DNA of 64,000 bases, from assembly GCA_951406725.2 (NCBI GenBank), contig OX597828.1, positions 66,464,001 to 66,528,000 on the forward strand, given 5' to 3'. The stretch comes from Octopus vulgaris (Eukaryota). The position numbers were made by a program, and so were the translations under genes. Below, one piece after another: positions 39,913 to 49,996 of this stretch. How positions within the stretch are numbered: position 1 is the stretch's first letter; each line of letters starts with the position of its first letter. Below the pieces are notes generated by a model. The model saw nothing but the letters and a program-made list of their open reading frames with translations, did no database searches and was not told the DNA's origin.

Positions 39913-40105
39913 CATCGTACCTCTCCTCCACCTCATCGTACTTCTCCTCCACCTCATCGTACCTCTCCTCCACCTCATCGTACCTCTCCCCCACCTCATC
40001 GTACCTCTCCTCCACCTCATCGTACCTCTCCTCCACCTCATCGTACCTCTCCTCCACCTCATCGTACCTCTCCTCCACCTCATTGTACCTCTCCTCCACC
40101 TCATC
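39913..40105. repeat. 21-bp minisatellite (CATCGTACCTCTCCTCCACCT) x ~9
   Basis: Nine units plus CATC, with single substitutions in three units; explains the four overlapping repetitive ORFs. Confidence 0.97.
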
Positions 40106-40559
40106 CTGCCTTTGCTGGAAACATTGATCAGTAGTTGAAGGTGTTACTTTCATGATACCATACTAAATTACTTGCATACGTTTAAGTGAAATATAATTTG
40201 ACTTTTCTCACTGAATAATTAAAGAATCAGTCCCTCTATGGAGATAGGTATTAGGTGCTGGGAATGGTGTTTAACCCTTCAGCATTCAGATTACTTGGTC
40301 AAATGTATTGCTTATCTATTCACATTGTTTTTAAATCTAACATTCGTTATCTTGTAGCTTCAAGATAATTATGATGTGATTGTTTAATTTTAGAATGTCA
40401 TTGTACGTGTGAGAACCTGAATCTGTCTGGCCTGAACATAAAACCAGATATGTCCAGTTTAAATGCTAAAAATGTAAATGTAACATCTGTCTCAAATACA
40501 GAGTTAGGACTTGCTTGTTAAACTATGCCTTGTCTCTCCTTCTGTGTGGGTGTATTTTA

Positions 40560-40920
40560 TCTTTTACCTGTTTCAGTTATTAGACTGCACTCATGCTGGG
40601 GCACCACCTTGAATTTTTATCTACTTAGATTTTGTAAAGCCTGGTTCTTATTCTATCAGTTGCATTTACTGGACCACTAAGATACGGGGACATAAATACA
40701 TGAACACCAGTTGTCAAGTGGTTGTAATGGTGGGGGGGCATAGACAGAAAGACACACACACACACATATGATGGGCTTCTTTCAGTTTCCGCCTGCCAAA
40801 TCCACTCACAAGGCTTTGGTTGGCCCAAAGGCTATAGTAGAAAACACTTGCCCAAGGTTCCACACAGTGGAACTGAACCCAGAACCATGTGATTCAGAAG
40901 CAAGCTTCTTGTCACATGCA
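40560..40920 (-). mobile_element. SINE family B1
   Basis: Reverse complement colinear with 14029-14370. Confidence 0.85.
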
Positions 40921-41137
40921 CACGCGCACACACACACATATATATTCCCACTTGAATGTGAATGTTCTATTAGAACAAACTTTACTGCTTGTTACAGATG
41001 CCATGGGAGAAACCTTCATATGGGCTTTCGGTGCAAAATGCATGCTTGGTGGAGATTTATCTCCCTGCTAGTGATATAAACAGGAGTGCATTTTGCCTGA
41101 AAAACATATATGAGAGTTTCTCTCATGGTATCTACTA

Positions 41138-41368
41138 GGCGGTGAGCTGGCAGAAACGTTAGCACGCCAGGCGAAATGCGTAGCCGTATTTCGTCTGCCG
41201 TTACGTTCTGAGTTCAAATTCTGCCGAGGTAGACTTTGCCTTTCATCCTTTCAAGGTCGATTAAATAAGTACCAGTTATGCACTGGGGTAGATATAATCG
41301 ACTTAATCCGTGTGTTTGTCCTTGTTCGTCCCCTCTGTGTTTAGCCCCTTGTGGGTAGTAAAGAAATA
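41138..41368 (+). mobile_element. SINE family A, full length with 11-bp TSD
   Basis: GGTATCTACTA at 41127-41137 and 41369-41379. Confidence 0.93.
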
Positions 41369-42217
41369 GGTATCTACTACAGTGAAGTTTGTTCTAACAA
41401 AACATCCACATTTAATTGGGAATAAATATTATCTCTTGGTATTATACTACCTCTTTTGCTAATTTATATTTTTTAACAAGCTCACTGGCTAATTGCAATG
41501 TCAGTGCCTGTTCAGGCACTGATTTTCTATACAATGCTAGTCAAGAGATGAGTCGTTGCTATCTCCAGCAGACAAGCGTCCACCAACAATGAGGCCAAGG
41601 AAGGTCGAAATCCCATGATCTGTTGGTCTCAGCGCTGGAGTTGGTGGTGACTCATCTCCCCACAAGCTTGCATTTTGAACCAAAAGCCTATGCGAGAGTT
41701 TCTCTTGTGGTATCTACTGCAGTAAAGTTTGTTCAAACAGAACAATAATATTACCTCTGTTGCTAACATATATATATATATATACACACACACACATGCA
41801 CACACAAACTGCTGATTAGTCAATAAATCCAAAGACTGTAGTTCAATTAGAGCAAATACTACAGTAAAAAGATCAGTCGTTAGTTAAAAAGAGACTGAAG
41901 TTACTATTAGAGCTATTAAACTTTCTGGTTGTCTGCTTTCATATAAGTAAGGTATCCCAATTAATTTAAACTCTAATTTAAGTTTTAGTTTGAATGTGTT
42001 GACACGTGCTTTAAAAAAAACTTCAATGTTTGTTGTTAGTTTCATTCTATTGGGTGATACAAGCAGTGTTTAAGGTGTAGCTTCTAATTAAAGAAAGATG
42101 AGTTGAGATTCTTGTGGTAGCTTGCTATGGATGCTTAAGCAGCAGTATGTATATGTTGAGCACATGGCATTTGAAATATCTTATGTGAGTGCATAAATGT
42201 TTCACTTTCTCTTTCAG

Positions 42218-42325
42218 ATTGGACCGGTATCACATCCTGGCAATTTGATAGTTGCAGCGGTAGTCATCAATGATGTTCCCACACACTGTCGAAATATGCT
42301 TACAAAAGGCACGGCACAAGAAGAG
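42218..42325 (+). CDS. KHDC4: KHDC4 exon, start of KH1 ([36 protein letters not shown])
   Basis: Acceptor ctctttcAG, donor GTGCAT; 108 nt, phase 0/0. Matches human [27 protein letters not shown]. Confidence 0.94.
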
Positions 42326-42832
42326 GTGCATTAATATTCTATTACTTATTCGAGAATGTTTCCCTTCTGTGCATGCATGTGTGTGTGCGTGTGTTTTAAA
42401 TCAACTCTAGAAGACATTTTTGAACTTTTAATTCCATCTTTGTATATACCATGTTGAAATCCACTTCATCTTAAATGCCACTCATAAACTATGCTCTTTC
42501 TACTTCAAATAGCTACATGTGAATCTGAGAAATCATTATTATTAATAATTGTTATCTTTAACATTGAATTGAAGAATCATTTGTGTGTTGAAGGGAATGT
42601 CTTACTGTATTTCAGCAGTTCAACTCCTGCTGAAGTCAACTTTGCCTTTCCTCTCTCCAGGGTTGATAAATTAACCCTTTAAGCATTTAGATTTCTTCGT
42701 CAAATGTATTACTTATTTAGTCACATTGTATTGAATTAATCACGCATTATCTTGTAGCCTTACTATTGTTTGTATTATTATTATTATTACTATTATTATT
42801 CAGTTCTATATTTAAGAGATGAGGAATTATTT

Positions 42833-42983
42833 ACATTATTTACATTTGACTGATATTTGTCCTCATCTTGTTTGTTGTTAAGACAATGTTTCGGCTGATA
42901 TACCCTCCAGATACCTGATGAAAGCTGAAACATCTTAACAGCAAACAAGATGAGGACACATATCCATCAAGTGTAAATAATGT
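42833..42983. mobile_element. Palindromic Penelope-like element remnant with hammerhead motifs
   Basis: ~60-bp inverted arms. Centre has CTGATGA (42915-42921) and GAAAC (42927-42931) on +, and CTGGAGGGTATATCAGCC-GAAAC-ATT-GTC on -. Confidence 0.7.
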
Positions 42984-42993
42984 TGTTGTTTTT

Positions 42994-44291
42994 TTTGTCC
43001 CAAAAGTAATGCAAGATTGGGTAGAACATTATTCGCTGGCATAAGGCATTGAAATTGCATATCTTGGTTGAGTAACTCTTTCTCTCTACAAAGGGGCTAA
43101 ATATGGTCTCCATCACAAGCGATGCAGTTGTACCATCACTAATCCTAACTTTCAAATTCTCTTTGAAAAAGTTTGTGTGTGCTCTGTCGTACCCATTTCT
43201 TCACAGCCACTCTTACTTCATTGAATTGCTGTCCTCGAATAGACTGAACAGGTGGAATTTGGAAGGCACCAAATCCAAGCTGTACAATGGATGGAGGACC
43301 ATTCAGCAGCCAATTGTTTGATCTGTTGCGAAAAATGTGTGTAGTCATGCATTGTTATGGTGTATGTGGGTTGTTTTTAGATTCTTGATTGGTTTCTTTC
43401 TCCTAATGACTTGGCCTCTCTAAGTTTCAATCTACTGCTTGTTGTTCATGGTTTCAGCCATATTTCAGAAAATCAAGACAATCGATGTCTTTGTCATGGA
43501 AAAAACAAGACACGGTCACCATGATTATTTGTGCCAATCACTGGCTCTTGATCTTCTTAGGACTTATTCTATGGACTGAGCCCTCTGGATTGTTTCTGTA
43601 TCATAAAGAAATGACCAGGTTTCATCCCCCTGTTATTAAATTGGGGTGGGGTGGAGTCTTCATTGGCTTCAAGTACTTCTTGCAGATTAAGTCAGACTTC
43701 TACTCTTCTTATCAGATATTAATTACTAAGATCCTCATTTTGCACACACCTTCCAGTACCTAAAATCTTCTATCTTGTGTAATGTATTGTGATCACAGTC
43801 AAGCTGTACAACAGGCTCACAAATTGTGACTTATCTGTCTCCATGAATCAACTTGTCTACTGTCTAGTAATTCATGTCAGTGGTCACAATTGACAGTCTT
43901 CCACTACATGGGTTATCTTCAATGCTGGTTTTCCCCTTCATCAAACTCTTCCATCCATATGTGCACATTGCTCTTGTCCAGTGGTGTCATCACCAATAAA
44001 TATCTTGTAGCCTTCTGTGGATGTCAGACAGCCTGTGCCCCACCTTTGTCAAGAACTCAGTGAAGAGATGTTGTTTCTAAATAGAACCCATTATTTGCCA
44101 GCAGTGAAGAACTTGAAGAAGAGTTACTCTCCCATCGTGTGCAGTCGGTGTCTTCAGATTTACTTGTGTTGCTATTCTAAATGTTTCATTGTGACATTCT
44201 TAAAACATTGCAAGAACCACAATTTCAATAAATACTATCTAAAACTGTTTTCTAAAAAGATCGGCCATTACCTTTGCACCAAACTGATGTA
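42994..44291 (-). pseudogene. Decayed, near full-length mariner transposon (~1.3 kb)
   Basis: Frameshifted minus-strand motifs KTSIEDNPCSGRLS, YWKVCAK, HNNA*LH (HDNARPH), HPLYSLDLVPSKFHLF (YSPDLAPSDFHLF), WYNCIACDGDHI. TIR-like ends TTGTCCCAAAAGTAAT and (revcomp) TTTGGTGCAAAGGTAAT. Confidence 0.85.
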
Positions 44292-44336
44292 TTTATTTAT
44301 ATGTAATCTTATATCTCTTTTTTTATATTTATATAG

Positions 44337-44413
44337 ATATCAAAACTGAGTGGAGCTTCTGTTTCTACAAGAGGCAGATATATGAGTCCTGAAGATAAAA
44401 TAAAATTTGCAGG
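44337..44413 (+). CDS. KHDC4: KHDC4 exon (ISKLSGASVSTRGRYMSPEDKIKFAG) ending at a GC donor
   Basis: Acceptor tatatAG. Matches human [21 protein letters not shown]. Only the GCAAGT donor at 44414 gives the phase 2 that the next exon needs. Confidence 0.88.
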
Positions 44414-45205
44414 GCAAGTAATCCTATAAAACTGTTTAAAAGTCATTTCAACACACACACACACACACACACTAGGAGAATGTTACTACAGTAATACCAC
44501 TTGACTTTTCAAAGACCTGTATAACTTTTATTTATTTATTGATAATGGTTTTATCAGTTGGTTGAAGTTAACAATGTCAGTAAGTTGCAAGATAGGAATA
44601 GTATGGGAGCGTGTGCTTTAACAATGCGTCACTGCATCACCAGGCTGATTACGTCTTTGCACCTCTCAGGCAACAACCCTCCAACCCAAGGGTCTGTTTT
44701 TGGGTAATTGTTGCTAGTGTTGTGGGCTTTACGAGGTTAAATTTCAAATCCTACCTTAACATTTTTTAGTCGCCTTTAAGACACACAGAGGAAACGTTGG
44801 ATCTATTTTTTGAAAAAAACCAATCCCCTCGCAGCACATACACTGTAAGATACTTTAAATATAAATGTATTAACTCGTTAACATTCAGATTTCTCTGTTT
44901 TAAATGTAATGCTTATTTATTCATTTTGTTTTGAGTTAATCATGCATTATCTTTTAACTTTAAGATTTTGATAATGTAATTATTTATTTTTATAACATTG
45001 TAGGATAGGTGTGAGAAGCTGGATCTGTCTGAGATACTACATTTCTGCCCATTAAAGTTTGAATGTGTCTTTTTTAATTCTAGGTTGAAAGAACTTTACA
45101 TATGTGTGAGATAATTGCTTTCTCCCCCTCCCCCCCACTTCTCTCTCTTTTTCCACCTTACAAATGATATTCAGGTGGACCCTAGATCACTTGCATACAT
45201 TAAAC

Positions 45206-45461
45206 CAGTGATTCTCAACCAGGGTCCATTTGGCCCATGGGGGTTCATATTCATTTTTTTTTGTTAAAATTTATCTGCAACAAATTGCTTATGCTTCTGC
45301 AATACATCAAGTATTTTAATTTTTTTTTTTTTATACAGTTCCTAATAATATAAAAATATAATATAACATGATTATTTAAACATTAAATGGTTAGGAAAGT
45401 CCATTCAAGTACAATAGGAACCAAAGAGGTTCTGTAGATAAAAAATGGTTGAGAACTACCT
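45206..45461. mobile_element. hAT (Charlie-like) MITE
   Basis: CAGTGATTCTCAACC / GGTTGAGAACTACCT termini; 8-bp TSD CATTAAAC/CATTAGAC. Confidence 0.8.
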
Positions 45462-46119
45462 CATTAGACTAAAGTTTTCCAAAAACTGCTTGGCAAATTA
45501 ATATACTTTTTAATTTCTTCATCTTGGCCGTATTAAAATTTATGCTTTCCCATTAATAAACAACCAGCTAAATTAACTGGCACATTGACTTTCAGCTGCA
45601 TATAGGAAGGAAACCTCAGTTTTCTTAACAATGACTTATAAGCCAAAGTAGCAACAACATGGAATCATGGTTCTGATAACCCAATATGATTTCATCAATC
45701 TTGAAGGGCCTGCGAAGCCTCTTCTTCCAGACCAAACCTGCAAATTTTCCAGGTGTTTGTCTTCACTTGAAGGCAAGCTACATATGATTGCACAGTCTGA
45801 AGACATTTTCATTATCTGATTAAGAGCAAAGACTAAATAAAAACTGCAGTTGGGTACAGAGGAGAATGACAGCCAACACTTATTTTCTTGTGTAAAACTT
45901 TTTTCAGGTGTACTGTTACAAATAGATATCCAATTCATCAAATGAGAGTGTAATGGAGATATATACGAGACATTGTGGCCACTTGTATCATTACAGTAAA
46001 GATGATAATCACTCATTATATCACTAATTGATATAATAGCATACATGCATTTACTTGCACAAAGTTGCTAATTTCTCTATAAAATGATGATCTGATACTT
46101 TTTACTCTACTCAGAATCT

Positions 46120-46475
46120 ACCCGTTGCCAGTGTCCCCACCACAGTGAGGAGGGGATGATGGCAATGGGTAGTGTCAGAGCTATGCCATCAGGAACTTTG
46201 GTTCCTGGTAGGGCCACCCAAGGCGGATTGGTCTGACACCGAGTGGTATTAGGGCCACAACTGGTGAAAATCCTCGGAGTGTCTGTTTCGGCAACCGGCG
46301 GCTCCTCGGTTGTTCTGTCCCTGTGTCTGCGGACAATCTGTGGCAAACAGGATGTCTCCACATGCGGGATTGTTGGGGACCGCTTGTGAAATCCACATAT
46401 TCCCACGAAACTTCTTCCATGGGTAGAAGCCGACTCAACCCGCCCAGGGTGAATGTCGCTACAAGTACAAGTAAG
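46120..46475 (+). mobile_element. Structured tRNA-less RTE-derived non-autonomous retroelement with 12-bp TSD
   Basis: TACTCAGAATCT at 46108-46119 and 46476-46487; TACAAG-TACAAG-TAAG tail. GAGCTATGCC...AGGGCCACCCAAGGCGGA..GGTC resembles the RTE/BovB 5' leader as recalled. Confidence 0.85.
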
Positions 46476-47176
46476 TACTCAGAATCTGAGTGAGCATTGA
46501 TAAAGTTGTGTATTTAGCATCCTTGTTGATGTGATTTTGATTTTGTCTTAATTCTTAACCCATTTTGCTTCTATTTAACTTTAGCTATGGCTTAAAAGAA
46601 ATATGCATATGATGTTCAGATCAATATCTCAGTCAAATATATTTTCATTGAATTTATATTCAGTTATGTCCCTTTGCATTCTGTGTTCAAACCCTGCCAT
46701 GGTTGATGTTTTTTAACATTTCATATTTCTGGGGTTCATATAATTGATTGACCCCACCCCCACTCCCGTGAATTAGTGTATTCTTATGTTAGAAATCTAA
46801 TTTAACTTTCTGGTCCTTCATGGTGGGTGTTGGGTGTTTAATTCATGGTTCGTTAACTATACACTGGAAATCGATGTTTTTGCATTATACTAATCTGACT
46901 TTGCTTTGGAACTCAAGTGTGTTGGGTCATCAGTGATGATTCTTTGTATGCGAATGTATGTGTGTCATCATCATCATTTAGCGTCCTCCTTCCATACTGG
47001 CAAGGGTTGGATGGTTTGACAGGAATTGGCCAAACTGAAGCCTGTTTTGGCATGGTTTTTTTTTTATGGCTGGATGTCCCTTCCTAACACCAACCACTCC
47101 ATGATATAGAAAAATCTGATTCTTCCATTTATAGCCACAGTGTTTATATAAATTTTTATTTATTTCCCTTCTACAG

Positions 47177-47238
47177 ACAAGCTAAAGAAAAACCATTGTA
47201 CCTTTGTGTTCAAGGACCAACTCAGGAAACTGTTGACA
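47177..47238 (+). CDS. KHDC4: KHDC4 exon (QAKEKPLYLCVQGPTQETVD)
   Basis: Acceptor ccttctacAG, donor GTAAGT; phase 2/1. Matches human DRPLYLHVQGQTRELVD. Confidence 0.93.
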
Positions 47239-47341
47239 GTAAGTTAATACATAGGTTCACTTTGTCTTTTATCAGTAAAACGTACTGAGGGGGGCAGTCT
47301 CTCAGCATAGCAACAGTCCAATTAGGGAAACCAGTAACAGA

Positions 47342-47740
47342 CTCTTTTACTTGTTTCAGACATTTGACTGCAACCATGCTGGAGTACCACATTGAAGGGT
47401 TATAGTTCGACTCCAGAACATTTTCTTTAAGTCTAGTACTTTTTCTATCAGCATCTATTGCTGAACTGCTAAGTTATGAGAGATGTAAAACACTAACACC
47501 AGTTATCAAATGGTGGTGGTGGGGGACAAACAGACACAAAGATGCACACAAATGCAGATATATATATATATGTATATGACGGGCTTCTTTCAGTTTCTGT
47601 CTACCAAATCCACTCGCAAGACTTTGGTCAGCCCAAGGCTATAGTAGAAGACACTCACTGAAGGTGCCATGCAGTAGGCCTGAACCTGAAACCATGGGAT
47701 TGGGAAGTAAGCTTCTTATCATGCAGCCATGCCTGTGCCC
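47342..47740 (-). mobile_element. SINE family B1
   Basis: Reverse complement colinear with 14029-14370. Other minus-strand pieces at ~3480-3922, 31830-31980, 34400-34690, 39403-39536. Confidence 0.85.
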
Positions 47741-48220
47741 TTAGAAGGGAAATATTTACGGGGGCTAAAGTTGTGGATAATATGAACACAAAATGAATTA
47801 ACAAATAGCTGAATGAATAATGGACTCTGTTACTGGGTTGCATGTTATAAATTCAAGTTGTACGAATAGTGTATGTTAACCTCTGTGAAGGTACATTTTT
47901 TTAATGTAAATTAAATTATAATCTTCATGAAATGTCATTGTCCTACAACAAGAAGGTTTTAAATGACATTTTCACTTGAAGAGTATAATTGGGGGTGAGA
48001 GGGTAGCATGAAAGGGTTCAATAAAGGACACAGTGATGTCTGTTGGTGGGGGAGAGAGAGAGAGAGATGAACGTCAATAATGAGTGACTTAGAAGAGAAA
48101 AAATAATAGTTAATAGTACAGAAGGGTGATGGTGGGATGTATTGATTTGGAACTAACCTGATGCAGTCTCTTATCTAGGTATTATGATGTGGTAAGGGTG
48201 GAAAGAAGAGTGATAAAAAT

Positions 48221-48443
48221 GGTGGCAGAAACGTTAGCACCCCGGGCGAAATGCTTAGCGGTATTTTGTCTGCTGCTACGTTCTGAGTTCAAATTCCATC
48301 GAGGTTAACTTTGCCTTTCATCCTTTCGGGGTCAATTAAATAAGTACCAGTTACGCACTGGGGGCGATATAATTGACTTAATCCGTTTGTCTCTCCTTGT
48401 TTGTCCCCTCTGTGTGTAGCCCCTTGTGGGCAGTAAAGAAATA
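48221..48443 (+). mobile_element. SINE family A (slightly 5' truncated)
   Basis: Near-identical to 41138-41368. Confidence 0.9.
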
Positions 48444-48656
48444 AGAGGTAATTAAATATGGACATCCATAAACATTCCTTGTTAGTGCAGGAATGTGGTA
48501 CAGTAAATGTAAATGAGGATGAGTGATGAAGAAAGAACTATGGTGTGGGGGGGGGAGGCACAGGGATAGATGTGCTGTTTTATGCTGGTTATAAAGTTTA
48601 TGTGCATTTGTGATTTTTGTTTTTTATTTCAAGTTTTTCCTTTCTTCTTTATCTAG

Positions 48657-48826
48657 ATGCAGTAAGCCGTATAAACGAAATAATAGCTAATGGTCTTCGA
48701 CCAAAAGGTAGTAGGTTTTCTCCAATTGTGCGTCCCCCTTCAAATTTGCCCCCTGGCGTACGTCCTCCACCAATCAACCAACCTCCTCCCACAATGATGT
48801 CTTTCCAGCCTCAACATCATCAGAGC
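48657..48826 (+). CDS. KHDC4: KHDC4 exon, end of KH1 plus Pro-rich linker (NAVSRINEIIANGLRPKGSRFSPIVRPPSNLPPGVRPPPINQPPPTMMSFQPQHHQS)
   Basis: Acceptor tttatctAG, donor GTAAGT; phase 1/0. Matches human RAVNRIKEIITNG. Lies inside ORF 48617..48922. Confidence 0.93.
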
Positions 48827-48879
48827 GTAAGTCATCTATTGTTAACTTATTATGTTATTTGTTTATTATTGTTATTGCC

Positions 48880-49412
48880 TGTGGAGGGAAAATGTAGCAG
48901 AGGTAGACCCAGGAAGACATAGGACGAAGTGGTGAAGCATGATCTTCGAACTTTGGGCCTCACAGGGGCAATGACTAGTGACCAAGACCTTTGGCAATAT
49001 GCTGTGCTTGAGAAAACCTGTCAAGCCAAGTGAAATCGTAGTTGTGGCTGATGCCAGTGTCATGTAACTGGCCTGTAAAAGGCACCTTTCAAGCATTGGG
49101 CTTCACAGAGGCTAAGTGGCATGTAAAAAGCTCCTTTCAAGAGTTGGGCCTCACAGAGGCAATGACCATGACCTTTGGCATTATGTCATGCTTGAGAAGA
49201 AGACCCATAAAGCCAAGTGGCCGGTATTGGTGTCACGCAAATGGCACCCGGGCTGGTGGCATGTAAAAGAGCCCAGAGTGGTTGGCATTAGGAAGGGCAT
49301 CCAACCATAGAAACCATGCCAAATCAGACAGGTGTCTTGTGCAGCCTTCCAGCCCTGGCCAAACCATCAAACTCATGCCGGCATGGACAACGAACACTAA
49401 ATGATGATGATA
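48880..49412 (+). mobile_element. 5'-truncated RTE-clade LINE (ORF C-terminus plus 3' UTR); likely partner of family F
   Basis: VEGKCSRGRPRKT*DEVVKHDLRTLGLTGAMTSDQDLWQYAVLEKTCQAK*, followed by the family F 3' end and (GAT)n tail. Confidence 0.85.
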
Positions 49413-49440
49413 AAAAGGTGCAATAACAAAGAGGCTAAAG

Positions 49441-49668
49441 CAGTGGTTCTCAACTGGGGTCCATATAAGATTTTGGTGTTAAAATCTATGTGCAAGAACT
49501 TGCTTATACTTCTACAGAACATAAAATTTTTTTTTTTAATAATTCCTGATATCTAATTATAAAGATGCAATGGGATTGTTTTTTTTACATCAAATGGCTA
49601 TGGAGGTCCAGTAGAATTAAAATAGGAATCAATGGGGTCCATAGGTAAAAAATGGTTGGAAACCACTA
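49441..49668. mobile_element. hAT (Charlie-like) MITE, same family as 45206
   Basis: CAGTGGTTCTCAAC / GTTGGAAACCACTA termini; 8-bp TSD GGCTAAAG/GGCTAAAA. Confidence 0.82.
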
Positions 49669-49909
49669 GGCTAAAAAAAGTATTGAACTCTTAGATTAAT
49701 GTTTTTGAGTTTGAATCTCTTTGTAGGTATTGTAAATTGCCTGGTATCAAACTACATGTGCCAGTGACTTCATGTCTTCCTCATTATTAATAATTATTAA
49801 CAATTAATTAATTACACCTTTATACTATAATGAACTGAAAAGAATATACTTTTGTTTAGAGGTGTTATTTTTTTTTTTATTATACTTTTTGAATTATTCT
49901 ATATTTCAG

Positions 49910-49996
49910 TTAACATTTGTTCAAGAGAAATTATTCATTGGACTAGAACATGCACCACCAACATTTGATGTGAAAACCAAAATTCTTGGTCCTGCT
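49910..49996 (+). CDS. KHDC4: KHDC4 exon, start of KH2 ([29 protein letters not shown])
   Basis: Acceptor atttcAG, donor GTGAGT; phase 0/0. Matches human [28 protein letters not shown]. Confidence 0.95.

Noticed and set aside
39766-40153. Heptad-repeat ORFs (RYDEVEE)n and (MRWRRGT)n, or a CRISPR-like array
   Set aside because: Head-to-tail 21-bp minisatellite with no spacers; eukaryotic intron; no coding context.
44418-44423. Canonical GT donor as the main donor of the 44337 exon
   Set aside because: Gives phase 0, incompatible with the 47177 acceptor and with the next two AGs; the GC donor preserves the conserved frame.
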